Positions 14,795 to 29,724 of a stretch of DNA of 64,000 nucleotides are shown piece after piece (the first letter of the stretch is position 1; every line of letters starts with the position of its first letter). The notes below the pieces were generated by a model. The model was given only the letters and a program-made list of their open reading frames with translations, made no database searches and was not told where the DNA came from. This DNA is from Octopus vulgaris (taxonomy: Eukaryota): the NCBI GenBank assembly GCA_951406725.2, contig OX597828.1, positions 3,720,001-3,784,000 of the forward strand. Reading direction: 5' to 3'. The position numbers and the translations under genes are program-made.

Positions 14795-16311
14795 CATTAT
14801 TCAGTCGATTTCAATTTTTCTTGGAAATAGAGAAAGAATCGGTTTCTAACCTAGATCCAAGGCTCCTTCATTGGAATATCAACATCAACAACAGGGTTTT
14901 TGTATGTATGTATGTTTTATATATGTATTCTCATGCATACAGTTGCATATCTAGACATGTTCATATATATGTTTAAATGGTAAACTTATGGAAAGTTTTA
15001 CAGATTTTTATAATTCTAATGATGGAGTGGATCTGTAGTCTTCGAATCAGCTTTCTCTTTTCTGGTTTTGAGAAGCCTAATTTCTCAAAATTGGTATTTA
15101 GGTAGTGTGTTACATATCCCTGAGCCCCAGTAATTACAGGTATAAATCTGAACTTGTAATATGGATAGAGTAACTGCAAATTTCTCAATAGTTCAGCGTA
15201 GGTGTTCTCTTTTTCACTGATCTTCAGCTTTATGTTAACATCCACTGGGTAGCTAATTTCCACAACTGTGCACAGTTTCTCTTCTCTATCCCAAATCAGG
15301 TCTGTTGTACTTACATTTTATTGAGGTCTTCACTGGTATTTCTTTACATTATGAGTGGTTATGGCTTCTACCATATTGTGGGTTCTTATTTCTTTGTCAT
15401 CGGGATTATCCTTCCGATGGATTACAATATAGAGGGTCCTAGCTACAACGTCATGTCTTATCGGTAGAAAATACCGTGGTGACATTTTCGGACAACTGCT
15501 TATGAAGTGGGCGATATCTTCAGCGTGAACTCTACAAAGTCTGTACCGGTTGTCACACTTTACGGCTTTACCTGCAACTGAATCCTTTTTGTGCATTAGG
15601 TACTTGGTTGATATTTCCTCTTCCTGGATTGCAAACGCATATCTCTCAAAGTGGAAGGTAGTAATCCGGCTACTGCTCCATGATAGACTGCTTCGACGAT
15701 CGATGGTACTATCCTCACAGAGCTTTCTACTAACATATCCATGCCTAGTCTTCTGCTCATACAGGCTCATCCTTTCATCTGATGATACTTTGCGACTTCT
15801 TTGGGCTTGTATTTAAAGTTATCAGACAGTGTTGCTCAAGGACCTGCCTTCCAAGTCTTATGATGCTATCAGCCTCATGTATGCAAACTTGGTCAAGGGA
15901 TGCACTTCCACAGTTGGTGGTTACAAGATGCTAACGAAGGGATATGATGCGGCATTCAAAGGCATTTTGGATCAAGCCTCTGTCGCCTTGTTTACGTTTT
16001 AGGTAGAGGCGGTCTACGTCACTGATTATGCGGAAATTGTGTGTGCTTGTTAGTATTTTTCCGGTTTTCGCATTAAAGGCTCGGTTCTCATCAAGCGTCC
16101 AATCAAGCGTCTCATCAAACATACTGGCACTGCAAACACATTGTGGGCCACTGTTTTATTGAATGCAGAGAGTTCTGAGAACCAAATTTTCTATATTCGA
16201 CTGTAATATTCTTTAGCGACACGTGTTTTGTTATAGGTGCCACTGAAATATATATATTTCATCCACCCCTAGATACCTGTAACATATCTCATCAGATACA
16301 GGGGAACAGTT
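14795..16311 (-). mobile_element. R4/Dong-clade (REL endonuclease) LINE, 5'-truncated, decayed
   Basis: Motifs YRYLGVDE, KIWFSELSAFNKTVAHNVFAVP, DVDRLYLKRKQGDRGL and AIQEEEISTKY, then CCHC-like RLCRVHAEDIAHFISSCP, RHDVVA, NRPDLIWD..VEISYP and EKENTYAEL. Stop at 14973-14975 and a 3' UTR follow. (CATA)n lies at both ends. Confidence 0.9.
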
Positions 16312-18044
16312 GTATGTATGTATGTATGTATGTATGTATTATGTATTATGTATGTATGTATGCATGTATGTACGAATGTATGTATTTATGAATTTATGCA
16401 CGTATATTTGCATGTACCTCTCTGCCCCCTCTCTCTCTCTCTAAAAATATATATTATGTAATGAATAAATAAATAAATATATGTATATAGATGAAATAAA
16501 TATGTAAGAAAAATTTAGTTGTACTCTCCAAAGCTTTTTCTGATTCGAAGTTTGAATAGCATGCATTCCGTATTTTTTATGTTCTTGACGACAGTTAATG
16601 GGAAGAATATGGCATGAATTTCGTTGTAAAGATTTTACAGAGACAATTTAGGTGATTTAGATCTGAATATTAATTTAAGGCACTAAAAACTACTTTAGAA
16701 CTAAAATCTAATAAACGTCAGACACTACAAAACAACCCATACTTTCCAAACAACCTTGAAGTAAAATACCACAATTCAACTCTGTGTATGATGAGCGGGG
16801 AAGCGTGGCAGGAGATGTTTGATATGATTGAAAAGTCACTCCCCAGTACGCAGGGATATTATAACATACTCAGCACAAATAATGGTTATCCACTTTCCTA
16901 AATTCACTATACAAGCATGCACCATAAATTACCAAAATTTGATTCCTATATCACTAAACAACTGCTAAATTTTAACAGCATGAACTCCATAAAATCCCTA
17001 TTCAAGGGTCTATCCAGAAAAAAGTCGAATTGTAGCGAAATATCATCATAAAACAACACAGTTCTCTTAAAACTAGTTCTAAAATGCCAACCAAACACGG
17101 GCTAAAATTTTAGTAAAATATGCATAAGTAGCCACTCATTCCTTCCTAGAAATGAACACATTTCATCAACATGTCTCCGCTAATTCTGTTATTTTCGAAA
17201 GTCACCTCAAACAGACCGTCCCTATTAAAATGAATCAACGTTCACCGTTTTTATCTGCATTTATTTGGCACCCAAATTTCAAAGAACATAAGTCTCACCA
17301 ATAGGGACTATCTTCATAAATCACAGCAGCTATAAAACTTTTATTGTCTTTAATTAAAAAAAAACATCCAAACACTTTTAACTGCTATTATTGCGTGAAG
17401 AAGAAACGAGGGTCAACTGTGCAATTCTTCTGGTCATCTCGAACCATTTTGGTTACTCAAATATCGGCACCACTATGAGATAGCGAACACGCAAATTTCG
17501 GCACCCTTAATGAAGACATTTCTAAAGATTCATTAATCATTATTCTCAAACTTGTTCAACTTTGAGGCTGCTATTTTTAAGTTTGGCAGCAATTTCATTG
17601 TTTTCTCTCACACATAACATGTTCAGAAAATTACTAAGCATACCACAACAGAAAACAACCATATCGACCATCCTTCTTAGTTACCAGAACACATGCACAA
17701 AATCTGCTTTCATTCTAGCTCACACACTCAGATATCACATACATAAATTATAAATTCAGTAACAGAAAAATGGAAACAGTGAGTCAGAGCTGGAGTAACG
17801 AGGGTACGCCATTAAAGAAATTGCGAATATCGCCGAATAGCTCTGGCAAACCAGACCAACTGTTTTATCAATTGAACGATTAACCAAGACGTCAATGAAT
17901 TAATTACTTAGTTAACTAATAATAATTAAATGAAGTGAAATAAAGTCAGTGGGAGTGTTTCTTATTGACAAAGATGTATTCAATTCAAAACAATGAAAAT
18001 ATTTCATTATATTTATGTTGTTGGGGGTCAATATTTGCTCCTAA

Positions 18045-18440
18045 AACATGGGTGCAGTAATAATGTGAGTCACATTTTATTTGTTAGCCAAATGCGTTCA
18101 GAAAAGCCTACTTGCTATATTTCTATATCACTAGACGTCGATAATCTTACATATTTATTTCTGATCGAATAATTTCGACCAAGGAAAATATACATAAATT
18201 ATTTATTCTATCATATTTTGTGCACTGTCATGTTTCTCGATTTGGTCAAGTAGAAAAATCTGATAGTGCACACAAAATATGTTAGGATGAAGTCTTTAAT
18301 TTTTCTTTTTTTCTCAGAGTATTTTCCCATCTTAGTAAGACGAGAATATTATTTTTGGGTCATACTTAAATGTAGCAGGAAACGGAGTTTTCGAAATATT
18401 TCCTCAAAATTAAACATGACTTCCTAATGAGACCTTGTAT
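18045..18440. mobile_element. Old palindromic MITE-like element
   Basis: Imperfect inverted symmetry centred near 18245: ATCATATTTTGTGCACTGTCA...TGATAGTGCACACAAAATATG. Weaker outer symmetry GAGTCACATTTT/AAACATGACTTC. Confidence 0.45.
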
Positions 18441-19464
18441 CAGATACAACGCATCACTCCAGTGTATACGCTGAAGTATAAATTATTAGAAAATGTTTGT
18501 AATACTTGTTATTCATCTGAGTATACACAACCATACTTCTGACCACTCACTACCTTTGCTTTATTCAAGAAGCATATTCCCAGATTCACTTAGCTGCACT
18601 TGTCTCACCGGCATCCTGCAAACGGACATAACCGTATAAACGTTCTGGACAGAGGAGGATATCAGCCTCCAATTAGTTGCCTACATTTGAAGGATTACTA
18701 AGCTGGTTTTCTATAATCTATATTCAGGCGTAATTGAATATTTGCCAATTTGTAAACACAACATGGTGAAGATAACGGCTCAAATGCATACACACGTATT
18801 GACACAGGATTCACTTCGTAACACATGTCTTTTACTAACATACAACGTTATTGTATACACCAATACTTTAGATGCTCATTCCTGCTGTATGATGGATGTA
18901 TTTGTCTGGCATTAACCATATATCTTTCTTGTATATTATATGTTTTGCTTTTTGTTTATTACCAACCAACCAGCCAGCCAGCCAACCAAACGACCGAGCA
19001 GTCGTATAAAATGAGACAACTGTAGCAGTTTATTCGATCCAGACGATATATTTCCGATACTTGAATTAAAAGAAAACATTTCTGATTTTATTTTGATTGT
19101 TATTCTTCCTAAGTTAGATCTTCATTCAAATTGCTGTTTGTAACACGGTCATAATTAGATTATAAGAACTTTCATTGTTTTGTTGTTAATATTTAAAGCT
19201 ATTATTATCAAAGATTTCGTGTCGCCAAACAATATTGTCTCCAATTTTTGCATTTTCCTATTACGCGCTAAAAAGCAATCATACCAGTGATCATGGATGA
19301 GTGACACACTTTCGTTTTTAACACTACATACTTCACTATTTTATCTTACATTTACGCTAATTACTCAGTATGTACACATACATAGATCCACCACCCACAT
19401 ACATACATACACAATATTATAGAGTTATGATCTTAAAATAAAAGTGGTAATCTCTATTTCATAA

Positions 19465-19625
19465 TACTGGTTTCAAATTTTGGCACAAAACGACCTCGGT
19501 CTTCAACTGATTCTTATTTTATCGACCCCGAAAGAGATGAAAGGCCAAGCCGAATCCGGCGATTTGGCCTTTCATCTCTGAATGTAATGTTTCCGGTGCG
19601 GTACCGATTCTGTATGCTCGCCATA
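19465..19625 (-). mobile_element. SINE fragment (same family as 41128-41310)
   Basis: Reverse complement shares TTTCATCTCTTTCGGGGTCGATAAAATAAG with the 41128 copy. Confidence 0.6.
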
Positions 19626-19689
19626 TTTCTCTATTTCTTAATATTACTCATAGTTATGCTCCATTGTAGTTTCACTTAATCTCATTAAA

Positions 19690-20620
19690 CGCTCCAGGAC
19701 CGGTGGTCGTCACTCTGGCCCTTCCATTATTCTCAAACCCTGAGCCTCAGAGCCACCTCTATACTCTCGAAACATTTCAGTATTCTCCTCTCCACAGCCA
19801 TCTACTCTGGTCTTTGAAAAAGCTACAATGCATCTTTCCACAGAAAGGCAGTTTCTCTGACTCAGCCCAGTATCTCCCTATCGCACTCATTTTTAATGGA
19901 GGCGACCCCTAATTAAGTCATCCTCCAAAATCATGAATCTTCCTCCCTCCTTTCTATCTGTCTCCACTTGAAGACCACCAACACATTTTCCGTAAAGCTG
20001 GATCCACTACTGTCCTACTCTCCTCTGTGGTCACCTGTAAGGCTTTTCACTAATGCAAATCTTCTATGGTAACTGTTTTACTATGGGGTTTTCATATTTT
20101 TCCTCTTTTGGATAAGTAGCTTTCTATCAGTCCACGCTATTGCCGTGTGTGTTCACAAATCTCTTTCTCGCTTTCATTATATCAACACTAGCATACCCCA
20201 AGGGTTCCGTTTTATTCCCCATTTTCCTCCTTCTATATAAATTACTTACTTGCCATCACTACCGAAATCATCCGCTCTTTTGAAGACGACCTTATACTTT
20301 CCTCCATAACATTTCCAATCATTCGAACCAATTCAATACTCGCTAAACCGGTACTGATTCTATGATCAGAGATTTCCAAAGCGTCTTCCAATGAGGGGTG
20401 TGTCAATAATGTCTCCTTCAACAGTAACAAAAAAAAAAGAAAGAAAAAGATAAAAGGAAATAAAACAAAAACAAACGCAAAACATATCAAGAAAATAGCA
20501 TTTAATCCTGATCAGCACTCGTAGCAGTTATTTGGTAGCACTACTCTAAAGATCTCTCCTAGCCACTCCACTGTACATCATTAATATCGCTGGCCTATCT
20601 ATAACATACGTTGACCGATT
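19690..20620 (+). mobile_element. Ancient APE-type LINE RT remnant (Jockey/CR1/I-like)
   Basis: IFPQKGSFSDSAQYLPIAL (PKKG..D..NYRPIAL) and INTSIPQGSVLFPIFLLLYINYLL..IRSFEDDL (GVPQGSVL..YINDL..YADD). Confidence 0.7.
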
Positions 20621-20909
20621 TTGACTTGTAAGACCTCTTGGGGGAGATACTATAGACAGAAATGGAATATTTTAGTGGAATTTTTTTGCGACGAACTTTA
20701 TTACAAAAGAGGCAGGATTGGAAGATGATAAACGCAGTTAATGGTTTCGGATATAGCAATTTCAGTGGATATTTTACATCAGCTAGTATAATATAGAATT
20801 ATTAGTAACTGAGTATGACAGTTTAATAATTCGGTAGTAGCTCAGAAAACTCTTTTAACTAATTTCACTGACTTTAAATATATACATACATTCACACACA
20901 AACACATAC

Positions 20910-20974
<65 letters not shown>

Positions 20975-21125
20975 CGCACACGCACACATGAATGTATATT
21001 CAATTCAGTGAAATTATTTAAAGGACATACGTATGAAGGCGTGTACGTGATTTGTACGTGTTAGATACATGTGTGTGTGTGTGTGTATGTGTGTGTGTGC
21101 GTCTGTATCTCTCTCTCTCTCTGTG

Positions 21126-21177
<52 letters not shown>

Positions 21178-23574
21178 CAACGAGAGAGAATGAATGAGAG
21201 AGACACACACAAACAGAAGAAAATCTGTTTTGCTTTGCTTTCTGTTCGTGCACCACACAACAGTAGATACAAACTAAATGCGTTAGATGAAAATTCAAAC
21301 TATAATTCGAGTATTTCTCATACTTGTCTTCGTTTACACAAGAATACATATATGCATGGGGCTTTCTAACATACTCGGTGTTAGCAGTGCGACTGGAATT
21401 GAAATCGCATACCATACTCATTGCACACAGAAAGGCGCGGGTGTGCGGGCGCACACACACACCTGCACACGCACGCGCACACGCACCCGCACACGCACGC
21501 ACACACACACATACACACATGCAGATGTAGCAACGTGTGTACACACTGCAAACGTGTCTTTGCAGAGGAGGTGCATTTGAATGAGTTAAATTTCTTATAT
21601 GAAGAACATTCCAGAAAATGATAATGATAAAGTATAAAGTAGTTCATAACATCATTAAATAGTGTTAAATAATCTATCGTCAGATAGCAGAATTTATAAC
21701 TGAATAAACAAGCAAGCAAATATGTGATGAGATGTCGTAAAATCACTCGGATGTACGGAATTAAGACAGTTTGCTCAATTAAAGATTTATTTGTGAATAA
21801 TGTTACAACAAAACCCATACTATTTTTATAACTGTAATTTCATACTTGTCATTCGAATTCGAATGGATTTAGTGAAAGGTTTTAAAATCCTTAACATTCA
21901 GAAACGTCAAGGTATATGTGTGTGTGTATGTGCGTGCGCCTGTGTCGTGAGAGAGTGGTGAGCATGTGTATGTGTGTATATATGAAATGTGTTTGCATCT
22001 GTGTATATATGATTTCTCATTAGATATAATATCTGGTAAATACCGTTCATAATTACGACTATAACCAATATCAATGACAACTTTGACGAATTAAGCACTA
22101 CTAGTAGCAGCCTTGTTGATTCTTTCTGCGATAACTTTGCCTCTGCTTCCTATCAAACTTCTCACAGATAAGAAAAGCTGCAGAAATCTTCATTTCTTCT
22201 CATCTCTCTCAGATATTGCACTTATTCTCAGAATCGACAGAGAACAGACGAATTTAGGTGTAGCTGTATGTCAGGATTGAGAAGATAAACTGGGTTATCT
22301 TGAAATAGCAAATGAGACATCTTTCTCTCCGTACTTATTTTCGAGCAATAAGTCTTTCAATTTGTTTGCATGAAAGGTTCAATAAAAAAGGTAGTGATAT
22401 AATCAAACGTATCCTGATAAATGTCCTTCTTTCAAGCCTAATCAAGGAAGACAAATCTATTGGCTGGGTCCGATTCTGGAATGAATTGCATCGACAAACC
22501 ACAGCAGCAACTACGCCTACGACAGTCAAATTTATCAATACGATTAATAGCTTCAGTTTTGGCTTAGTTTCACGCTTGGTTTCACTGACATTCCGCTGTT
22601 TGGACGGAGTGAATGATATTCAGGATACGCAAACACAAAAATACAAACACACACACACAAACACACGTACATACGCACACAGGTTCATAAAGAGAATGAT
22701 ATCAAAGATCAAATCAATGGCTACCAGTGAATTCAAAGCCAGTGAAATTACTTAATGAAGCTTTCTGATTTGCCACCACCTTAACCGCCTTTCTATTTTC
22801 CTTCCTCTTTCCTCTTTGTATTGTTTTCTATATATTTTCCTCTTTCAATCCTACCTTCGACCCTTCCTCTCGTTCCCTCTCTACATTTTCCTTGGTAGAA
22901 TTACAGCAGTGACGCTCTGGCGATTTGGCTCTCGCTGTTGATAAGCAATAATAAGTAGTAATCTAGTTATTCTTTGAATTTCTGCAGGGATTACAATTTG
23001 TAATCTCTGCTAATCTATGCCAGACCACCTATCGTCACGTTTGATCTAAATACCTTTTCTATACCCATTCTCCTTCTGGCGCCATATAACAATTAGATTT
23101 ATCCCATCGCCATCTTGCTTTCAAAATTAGTAATCTCTTTGCTTATAGTTTCTTATTCTTTCACTCACTCACTCACTCACTCACTCACTCACTCACTCAC
23201 TCACTCACTCACTCACTCACTCACTCACGCACACGCACATACAGATTCACAATCTTACTTTCTCGTTTCTGATTTCTCTTTAAGAAAACGAAGAAATGCT
23301 CAGAATGGTTTTTAATTTATTTCCATTACTTTGAGATGGATTTATGGATTCAAGTTGAAATAATTTGATAAAATTCTGCCTTCATGCCATACGTTGGACC
23401 AGTTAATGGCAGCGCAGAACTGAGTGGCAGCCAGCCACAGAAAAAAAAAACGCACAGGCATACACCCATATACTTACAAATACATGCACATAATCACAAT
23501 CCACTCACAAACGTAGATACAGACATACATACACATACGCACAGAGATATATCTAATGCGCACCTATATATATG

Positions 23575-23673
<99 letters not shown>

Positions 23674-23738
23674 TACATTCATCTATATACACCTATATAT
23701 ATATTTATCTGTCTACCCATCTGTCAATCAATCAATCA

Positions 23739-23816
<78 letters not shown>

Positions 23817-25129
23817 ATGTCTGTCTGTCTGTCTCTCTCTGTCTCTCTGTCTATACATATAAACACATATACTTACAGTCATACACATGCACTCATATAT
23901 ACATGCATGCATTAATACACCCACAAATACATCAACTGATACTTATAAACAGATGCACTCGTGCACACATAGACACGCGTGCACACAATGATATTAAATT
24001 GTCTGAGTGCCCCTTGGTGAGATTATAGTAGCATTAGCGAGAGACAGTTGTCTACTACGCAACTTTGGGCTACTCAGGGTATATCTACGTTTTTTTTTTG
24101 TAGCGGTGAAATGATAAACTTAAAGTGTATTGAATAACGACTAAACATTAATTGTTGAGATTTTCGTAAATTTTAGCTGATTATGTGAGGGTACATGTAC
24201 GCCTCAGTATCTCAAGTAAATATTAAGTGAGGAATTTCATGTCAGATATTTCAGAAATCTTACTAATACACCTAAGTGTCATATACTTAAAAGTAAAATC
24301 TAAGCAGCCTCAACACAGTAGCCGGGCTTCCTAGATATAACAACCAAATCTACTGAAAAATACTAAATAGCGTCTTAATTACAGAACTATACTATATTGA
24401 CCAATGTAGTTCTCGATATACAAAAGTATATCACTGAACTTCCTTTGAACATACATCAGTTCCATTATGAATGAAATTGGGCTAAACTACAACAGCAACA
24501 TCAACTGCATTCAACTTTAATATCGGTTTCAAAATTCGAATCAGACCAGCAAGTTCTGGAGGAGCAATCACTGCCCTTCAGTGCAACATGGGCTAACAAC
24601 CACCTATACAACGCAAGTTTAATTCTCTATATCTTAAAGTGACAGGTCCTTCTTCTTAAATGTGTTCAGTGGAAGGTGAATATTCTGTGGTGTATGAGAT
24701 CCATGGAGCACAGTAACTTATGGCAGCGTAGACAGACGAGTTACAATCAGTGACATTGGTGTATTATTGGACTCTGATCCAATAGCAGTGCAGAAGATGA
24801 TGAGGGACATTTGGGCATTGAAAAGTGTGTGCAGATTTGTTAACATGACGGTTGATCTCAAATTTGAGGGAGAAAAGGTTAGTAATTTGCTTTGATCAGC
24901 TAGAAGCGTTTGAAATCGATAAAAACACTGGTGACGATGAAGTGTGGGTATAGCTTTATAATCCGGAAATGAAGTCTCGGTTCATGGAATAGCGTCACCT
25001 TTTCTTCAAGGCTTAAGAAGTTCAAAAGCCAACAAACCGTACAAAGATTCATGGTAGCTGATTCATTTCTTCTTGATCTTCTGGAACATGGCCGTACCGT
25101 GAACAGTGAGCGGTAAATACACACACGTG

Positions 25130-25170
<41 letters not shown>

Positions 25171-25193
25171 ATTGGACAATATATATATATATA

Positions 25194-26370
25194 CAGGGAT
25201 TGGACAAAATAATGGAAATACCTTAAATTTTCAAACAAATTTATTTTAATATGGGGTAGGACCGCCTTTGGCAGTAATTACAGCTTGAATTCAAAGTTTG
25301 AATTGTTTCCAAAGAAAGTGTTGTCCACTCTTCACCTAAAACAGTCGACTCCTTATTTGTTTTTTTTCTAAGTGTTCAATAATATTGGGATCTGGGGACA
25401 AGACTGTGGTGGCCTGATGTTCCTCTTGCCATTCAGTAACAACTTTAGCTGTATGAATTGGTGCATTATCATCCTGAAAGATTGCATTTTCCCCCGGAAA
25501 CAGTTGGCAACAATAGGATGAATTTCACGAGATAAACTGCTTAAATAGCCTTGACTATTAATTCTACCATGAAGGGAAACAATTAGGCTGGCAGATTTCC
25601 AAGATATAGGTCCCCAGATCATCACAGATCCTTCTCCATATTTAACAGTTGGAAAAAGGTAGTCTGGGTCAAATGCTTCTTTTGGCTGTCTCAACACGTA
25701 TACTCGGCCAGTTGTCGGAAATAAGGTAAAGGATGACTCGTCCGAAAAAATAACATTCTTCTACTACTCTAGGGACTAATTCTGTAGGTTTTTGCTCCAC
25801 TCTAAATGCTTTGCAACATTTATTTTTGAAAGTACTGATTTTCTGATTGCTGCCCTCCCGTGAAATCCAGCTTTGTGCAGCTCCCGGCGAACTGTTTTTG
25901 TGAAACTGGGTTCTCGAGGTGGTTATTAAGCTCTGCAATAATTTTGTGAGCTGTACTTTCGTGATCCTTTCTAAAAATTTACGTAAGCGTTCGACGGTCC
26001 TTATCTGAAAGTTTTGGTTTTCTTCCTGAGTATTGTTTCGAGGAAGTTTTTACCTGTTTCTCAAAGGCTGTCATTACTTTCGAGACAGTACGTCTTCATA
26101 CACCAAGCATTTCAGCTGTTTTCGTTACGCTAGCGCCTACCATACGAGCACCAACAACTTGATCTCTTTGAACGTTTGATAGATCTGTGATTTTAACGAA
26201 TTTTAATTACCTTTTTCTGATGATATCTGAAAAAATAGCAATTTTAGCAAAATATATTCAGCAACACTAATAATAAATCAAAATAAATAAAATTTTGACG
26301 CTTGTTTATAGATATTTAAAAATTATGATGCTATGATGCTAGGTGTTTCCATTACTTTGTCCGACCCCTG
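25194..26370 (-). mobile_element. Tc1-family (DD34E) transposon, decayed
   Basis: TIRs CAGGGATTGGACAAAATAATGGAAATACC and GGTGTTTCCATTACTTTGTCCGACCCCTG with TA on both sides. Peptides VVGARMVGASVTKTAEMLG, SGRKPKLSDKDRR, VIFSDESSF, PTVKYGEGSVMIWG, FQDDNAPIH and SPDPNIIEHL. Confidence 0.95.
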
Positions 26371-26543
26371 TATGTATGTATGTATGTATGTATGTATGTA
26401 TGTATGTATGTATGTATGTATGTATGTATGTATGTATGCATGTATGTATGTATATGTGTGTATGTGAGTGTGTGTGTGCGCGCGTATGTGAGTCTGTATG
26501 TCGGTATGTATATATGTATGTTTGTATGTATATGTGTTTGTGC

Positions 26544-26574
<31 letters not shown>

Positions 26575-26680
26575 CGTATTTGTGTAGGGAAGAATCATCT
26601 GTGAGATGGAAAAAGAAATCTACCAGAAGTATGAAGATTCAGTCTGATGTTGCTGAAACATGAAATTTAAGTGAATGCAT

Positions 26681-27094
26681 TCTTTACTCTTTACTCTTTT
26701 ACTTTCAGCCATTTGACTGCAGCCATGCTGGAGCACCGCCTTCAGTCGAGCAATTCGATCCCAAGACTTATTCTTTGTAAGCGTAGTACTTATTCTATCG
26801 GTCTCTTTTACTGAACTGTTAAGTTATGGGGATGTAAACACACCAGCATCAGTTGTCAAGCGATGTTGGGAGGACAAACACAGACACACAAACATATACA
26901 CACACATACACACATATATATATACATATATACGACGGGCTTCTTTTAGTTTCCGTCTACCAAATCCATTCACAAGGCTTTGGTCGGCCCGAGGCTATAG
27001 TAGAAGACACTTGCCCAAGGTGCCACACAGAGGGACTGAACCCGGAACTGTGTGGTTGGTAAGCAAGCTACTTACCACACAGCCACTCCTGCGC
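26681..27094 (-). mobile_element. Full-length octopus-type tRNA-derived SINE with internal (CA)/(TA) tract
   Basis: Minus-strand head GCAGGAGTGGCTGTGTGGTAAG...CCGGGTTCAGTCCC, body GGGCAAGTGTCTTCTACTATAGCCTCGGGCCGACC, and 3' GGCGGTGCTCCAGCATGGCTGCAGTC with an (AAAGAGT)n tail. Confidence 0.9.
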
Positions 27095-27777
27095 ATTATA
27101 AATGAATTTGTTACATCCTTACCCCCATTACTCGCCACACTCACGACACTCGCTTGGTTCCTTATGTCTTTATTTGATAAACAGCCTGTGTCTTGTAACA
27201 TCAGTTTTTTCGTTAGAATTTCGACAAATACCTGAGATATGAGTGGTTAATGTTGATCTCTATAGACTGAATAAATATGCGAAAGAGATTTTAAAAATAA
27301 CGTTTAGTCACAGTTTGGTTACATTGTTAGACCATCCCTCATAATATGTATCGGTACTTGTCAGGTTCATTTCGTTCCGAATTCAAATCTCGTCGAGATC
27401 CAGATTGATTTTAATTTTCTTTGGCCAATCAGATATAATATCAGTGAAATGCATTAGCGATTTCAGTTAATTGCCGTATGCTAGAGTCTATATATATATA
27501 TATATGTTCATTTATATATGTTTGTATAATATGTAGGTTCACGTGCAAGTGTGTATGCGTGTCAGAATAATTTCTCAATTTGGTGAAAATTTAGTTATTT
27601 TATTTAAAAGTATCTTCGAGGTCATATCTCCCAGTGAGGTTTCACACGTTCTCAACACCCATTGCAACTAATTTGAAACAACGTATGTGATATTCAATTG
27701 CACTAATACATATCAGTTCTATGCTTGTGGACGGCAATACAATAAAAAATCTGCCGAAATACTATTCGAGTGAGAGT

Positions 27778-27857
<80 letters not shown>

Positions 27858-27935
27858 ATGCTTCTTACATTCATTAGTTACATTATTTACATTATTTACA
27901 TTTGACGAATATTTGCCCTCATCTTGTTTTTTATT

Positions 27936-27980
27936 AACACAACTTTTCGGCTGATATACCCTCCAGCCGGCATCAAGTGA
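27936..27980 (-). ncRNA. Degenerate hammerhead ribozyme remnant (pLTR-type)
   Basis: Minus strand reads CAC-UUGAUGC-C-GGCUG..CAGCC-GAAAA-GUU-GUG. Stems I and II are intact but the core is mutated. Confidence 0.5.
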
Positions 27981-28027
27981 CTTGGGGAAATTTCGAACCT
28001 GGGTTCTCAGTCCTATGGTATATTTTT

Positions 28028-28207
<180 letters not shown>

Positions 28208-28590
28208 AGGTTACCGCCTGGAATCTTGGGGTTAGTAGCACGCGCACTTAACCACTACGCCATATGCCAGTCAAATATAAATAATCTACAAATTTCCTCA
28301 TCTCTTAAATATAGAACCGTAGCTTCTTACATTATTAGTGAAGAAGAACGTAGTTTGAACTACAGCTTCGCTAATGACGTAGTTTATTTACTTGGTTCAA
28401 GTGAAGGCCATAGGAAAATGAAAGAAATTTCTAATAAAATCTTAAGTGAATAATGTAAACTTAAGAAATATAATTCAATCCTCCAATTCTCTACAGACGT
28501 TTTAGAGCGTTTCTAGGAATTTCTTTAAAGTAAATGTATTATATTGTGCTGATACGTAATGGAACTTTATTCGAGTTCCAGAGAGAGAGA

Positions 28591-28644
<54 letters not shown>

Positions 28645-28899
28645 CGATAGTGCATTCACGTATTTTAAATAAGCGTTTCAGCCAATGATGGATGTCGTTT
28701 TAAAAATAGTAGGGACACAGTCTATAATATAGTGAAAAATAGGCAGTTTCTGGAATGAAAATGAATAAGATGCTTAGAGATGGTTTTGATCATAGGTCAT
28801 TGAACAACTCTGCTGCCAAACAACATCGTACGTCTCAACTCGAGAATATAACTAATGTTTTGATCTACTGTAAATTAGTAAAATAGTCATAGTTCGTAT

Positions 28900-29231
28900 G
28901 TAGCTGATGTGCCACTACAGTGATGGGTGGTGAGACAATCTTCCCATCGGTCTTAGCCGATGGCCACATCTGTCCTGTATGTGTCAGCAGCTATTCCACT
29001 AAACTCCACAAGCCAGCAGCGTACGGGCATTCGGTGATTGTAAACAGAATGGCTTCGTTGCGATGAGTGCATCTCATACAGGCTTCTTCTTCTTCTTCTT
29101 CTTCTTCTTCTTCTTGGTCTTCTTCTTCGTCGTCTTCTTCTTCTTCTTCTTCTTCTTCTTCTTCTTCTTCTTCTTCTTCTTCTTCTTCTTCTTCTTCTTC
29201 TTCTTCTTCTTCTTCTTCTTCTTCTTCTTCA
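28900..29231 (+). mobile_element. Probable LINE 3' end (RTE-like) with (TTC)n tail
   Basis: Peptide DGHICPVC resembles the RTE C-terminal Zn finger. A ~145-bp (TCT)n tract follows about 100 bp downstream. Confidence 0.4.
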
Positions 29232-29641
29232 TCCGTACCTGCAATTCCGTACCTGCAGAATTTCCTCGAACCGGGAATGAACCCCGTGTTCATTTATTAG
29301 CACTGTCATACCAGAGGTTTCTGGAAATTTTCCATGACTGCTTGACCAATTGTTCTCTTAATTTAACAGTTCCGGATGTCCATTGCTCTCCGACGATGTT
29401 GCATGGCAAAGACATGATGTTGGCCGCTATTACTTCCTTGTACTCCTTTGAAACGGCAACGATCACTTCGATGTACAAGATGTCCGACACTATTACGGTG
29501 ATATATCGTTCATTCTAAGACTGGAATTTATTCTATCGGTGTCTTTTGTCGAACTACGAGGTTACGTTACGTGGCCAAACCTTCATGCACAGTGGTGAGG
29601 GCCAAACGCAAACATCACAGATGTTTATATATATATATATT

Positions 29642-29690
<49 letters not shown>

Positions 29691-29724
29691 AGTGTGTGTG
29701 TACATATATATACAAGCATATATA

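Noticed and set aside
28991-29518. Poly-E/poly-S/poly-F ORFs
   Set aside because: They are translations of a (TCT)n tract, with no supporting domain or splice structure.
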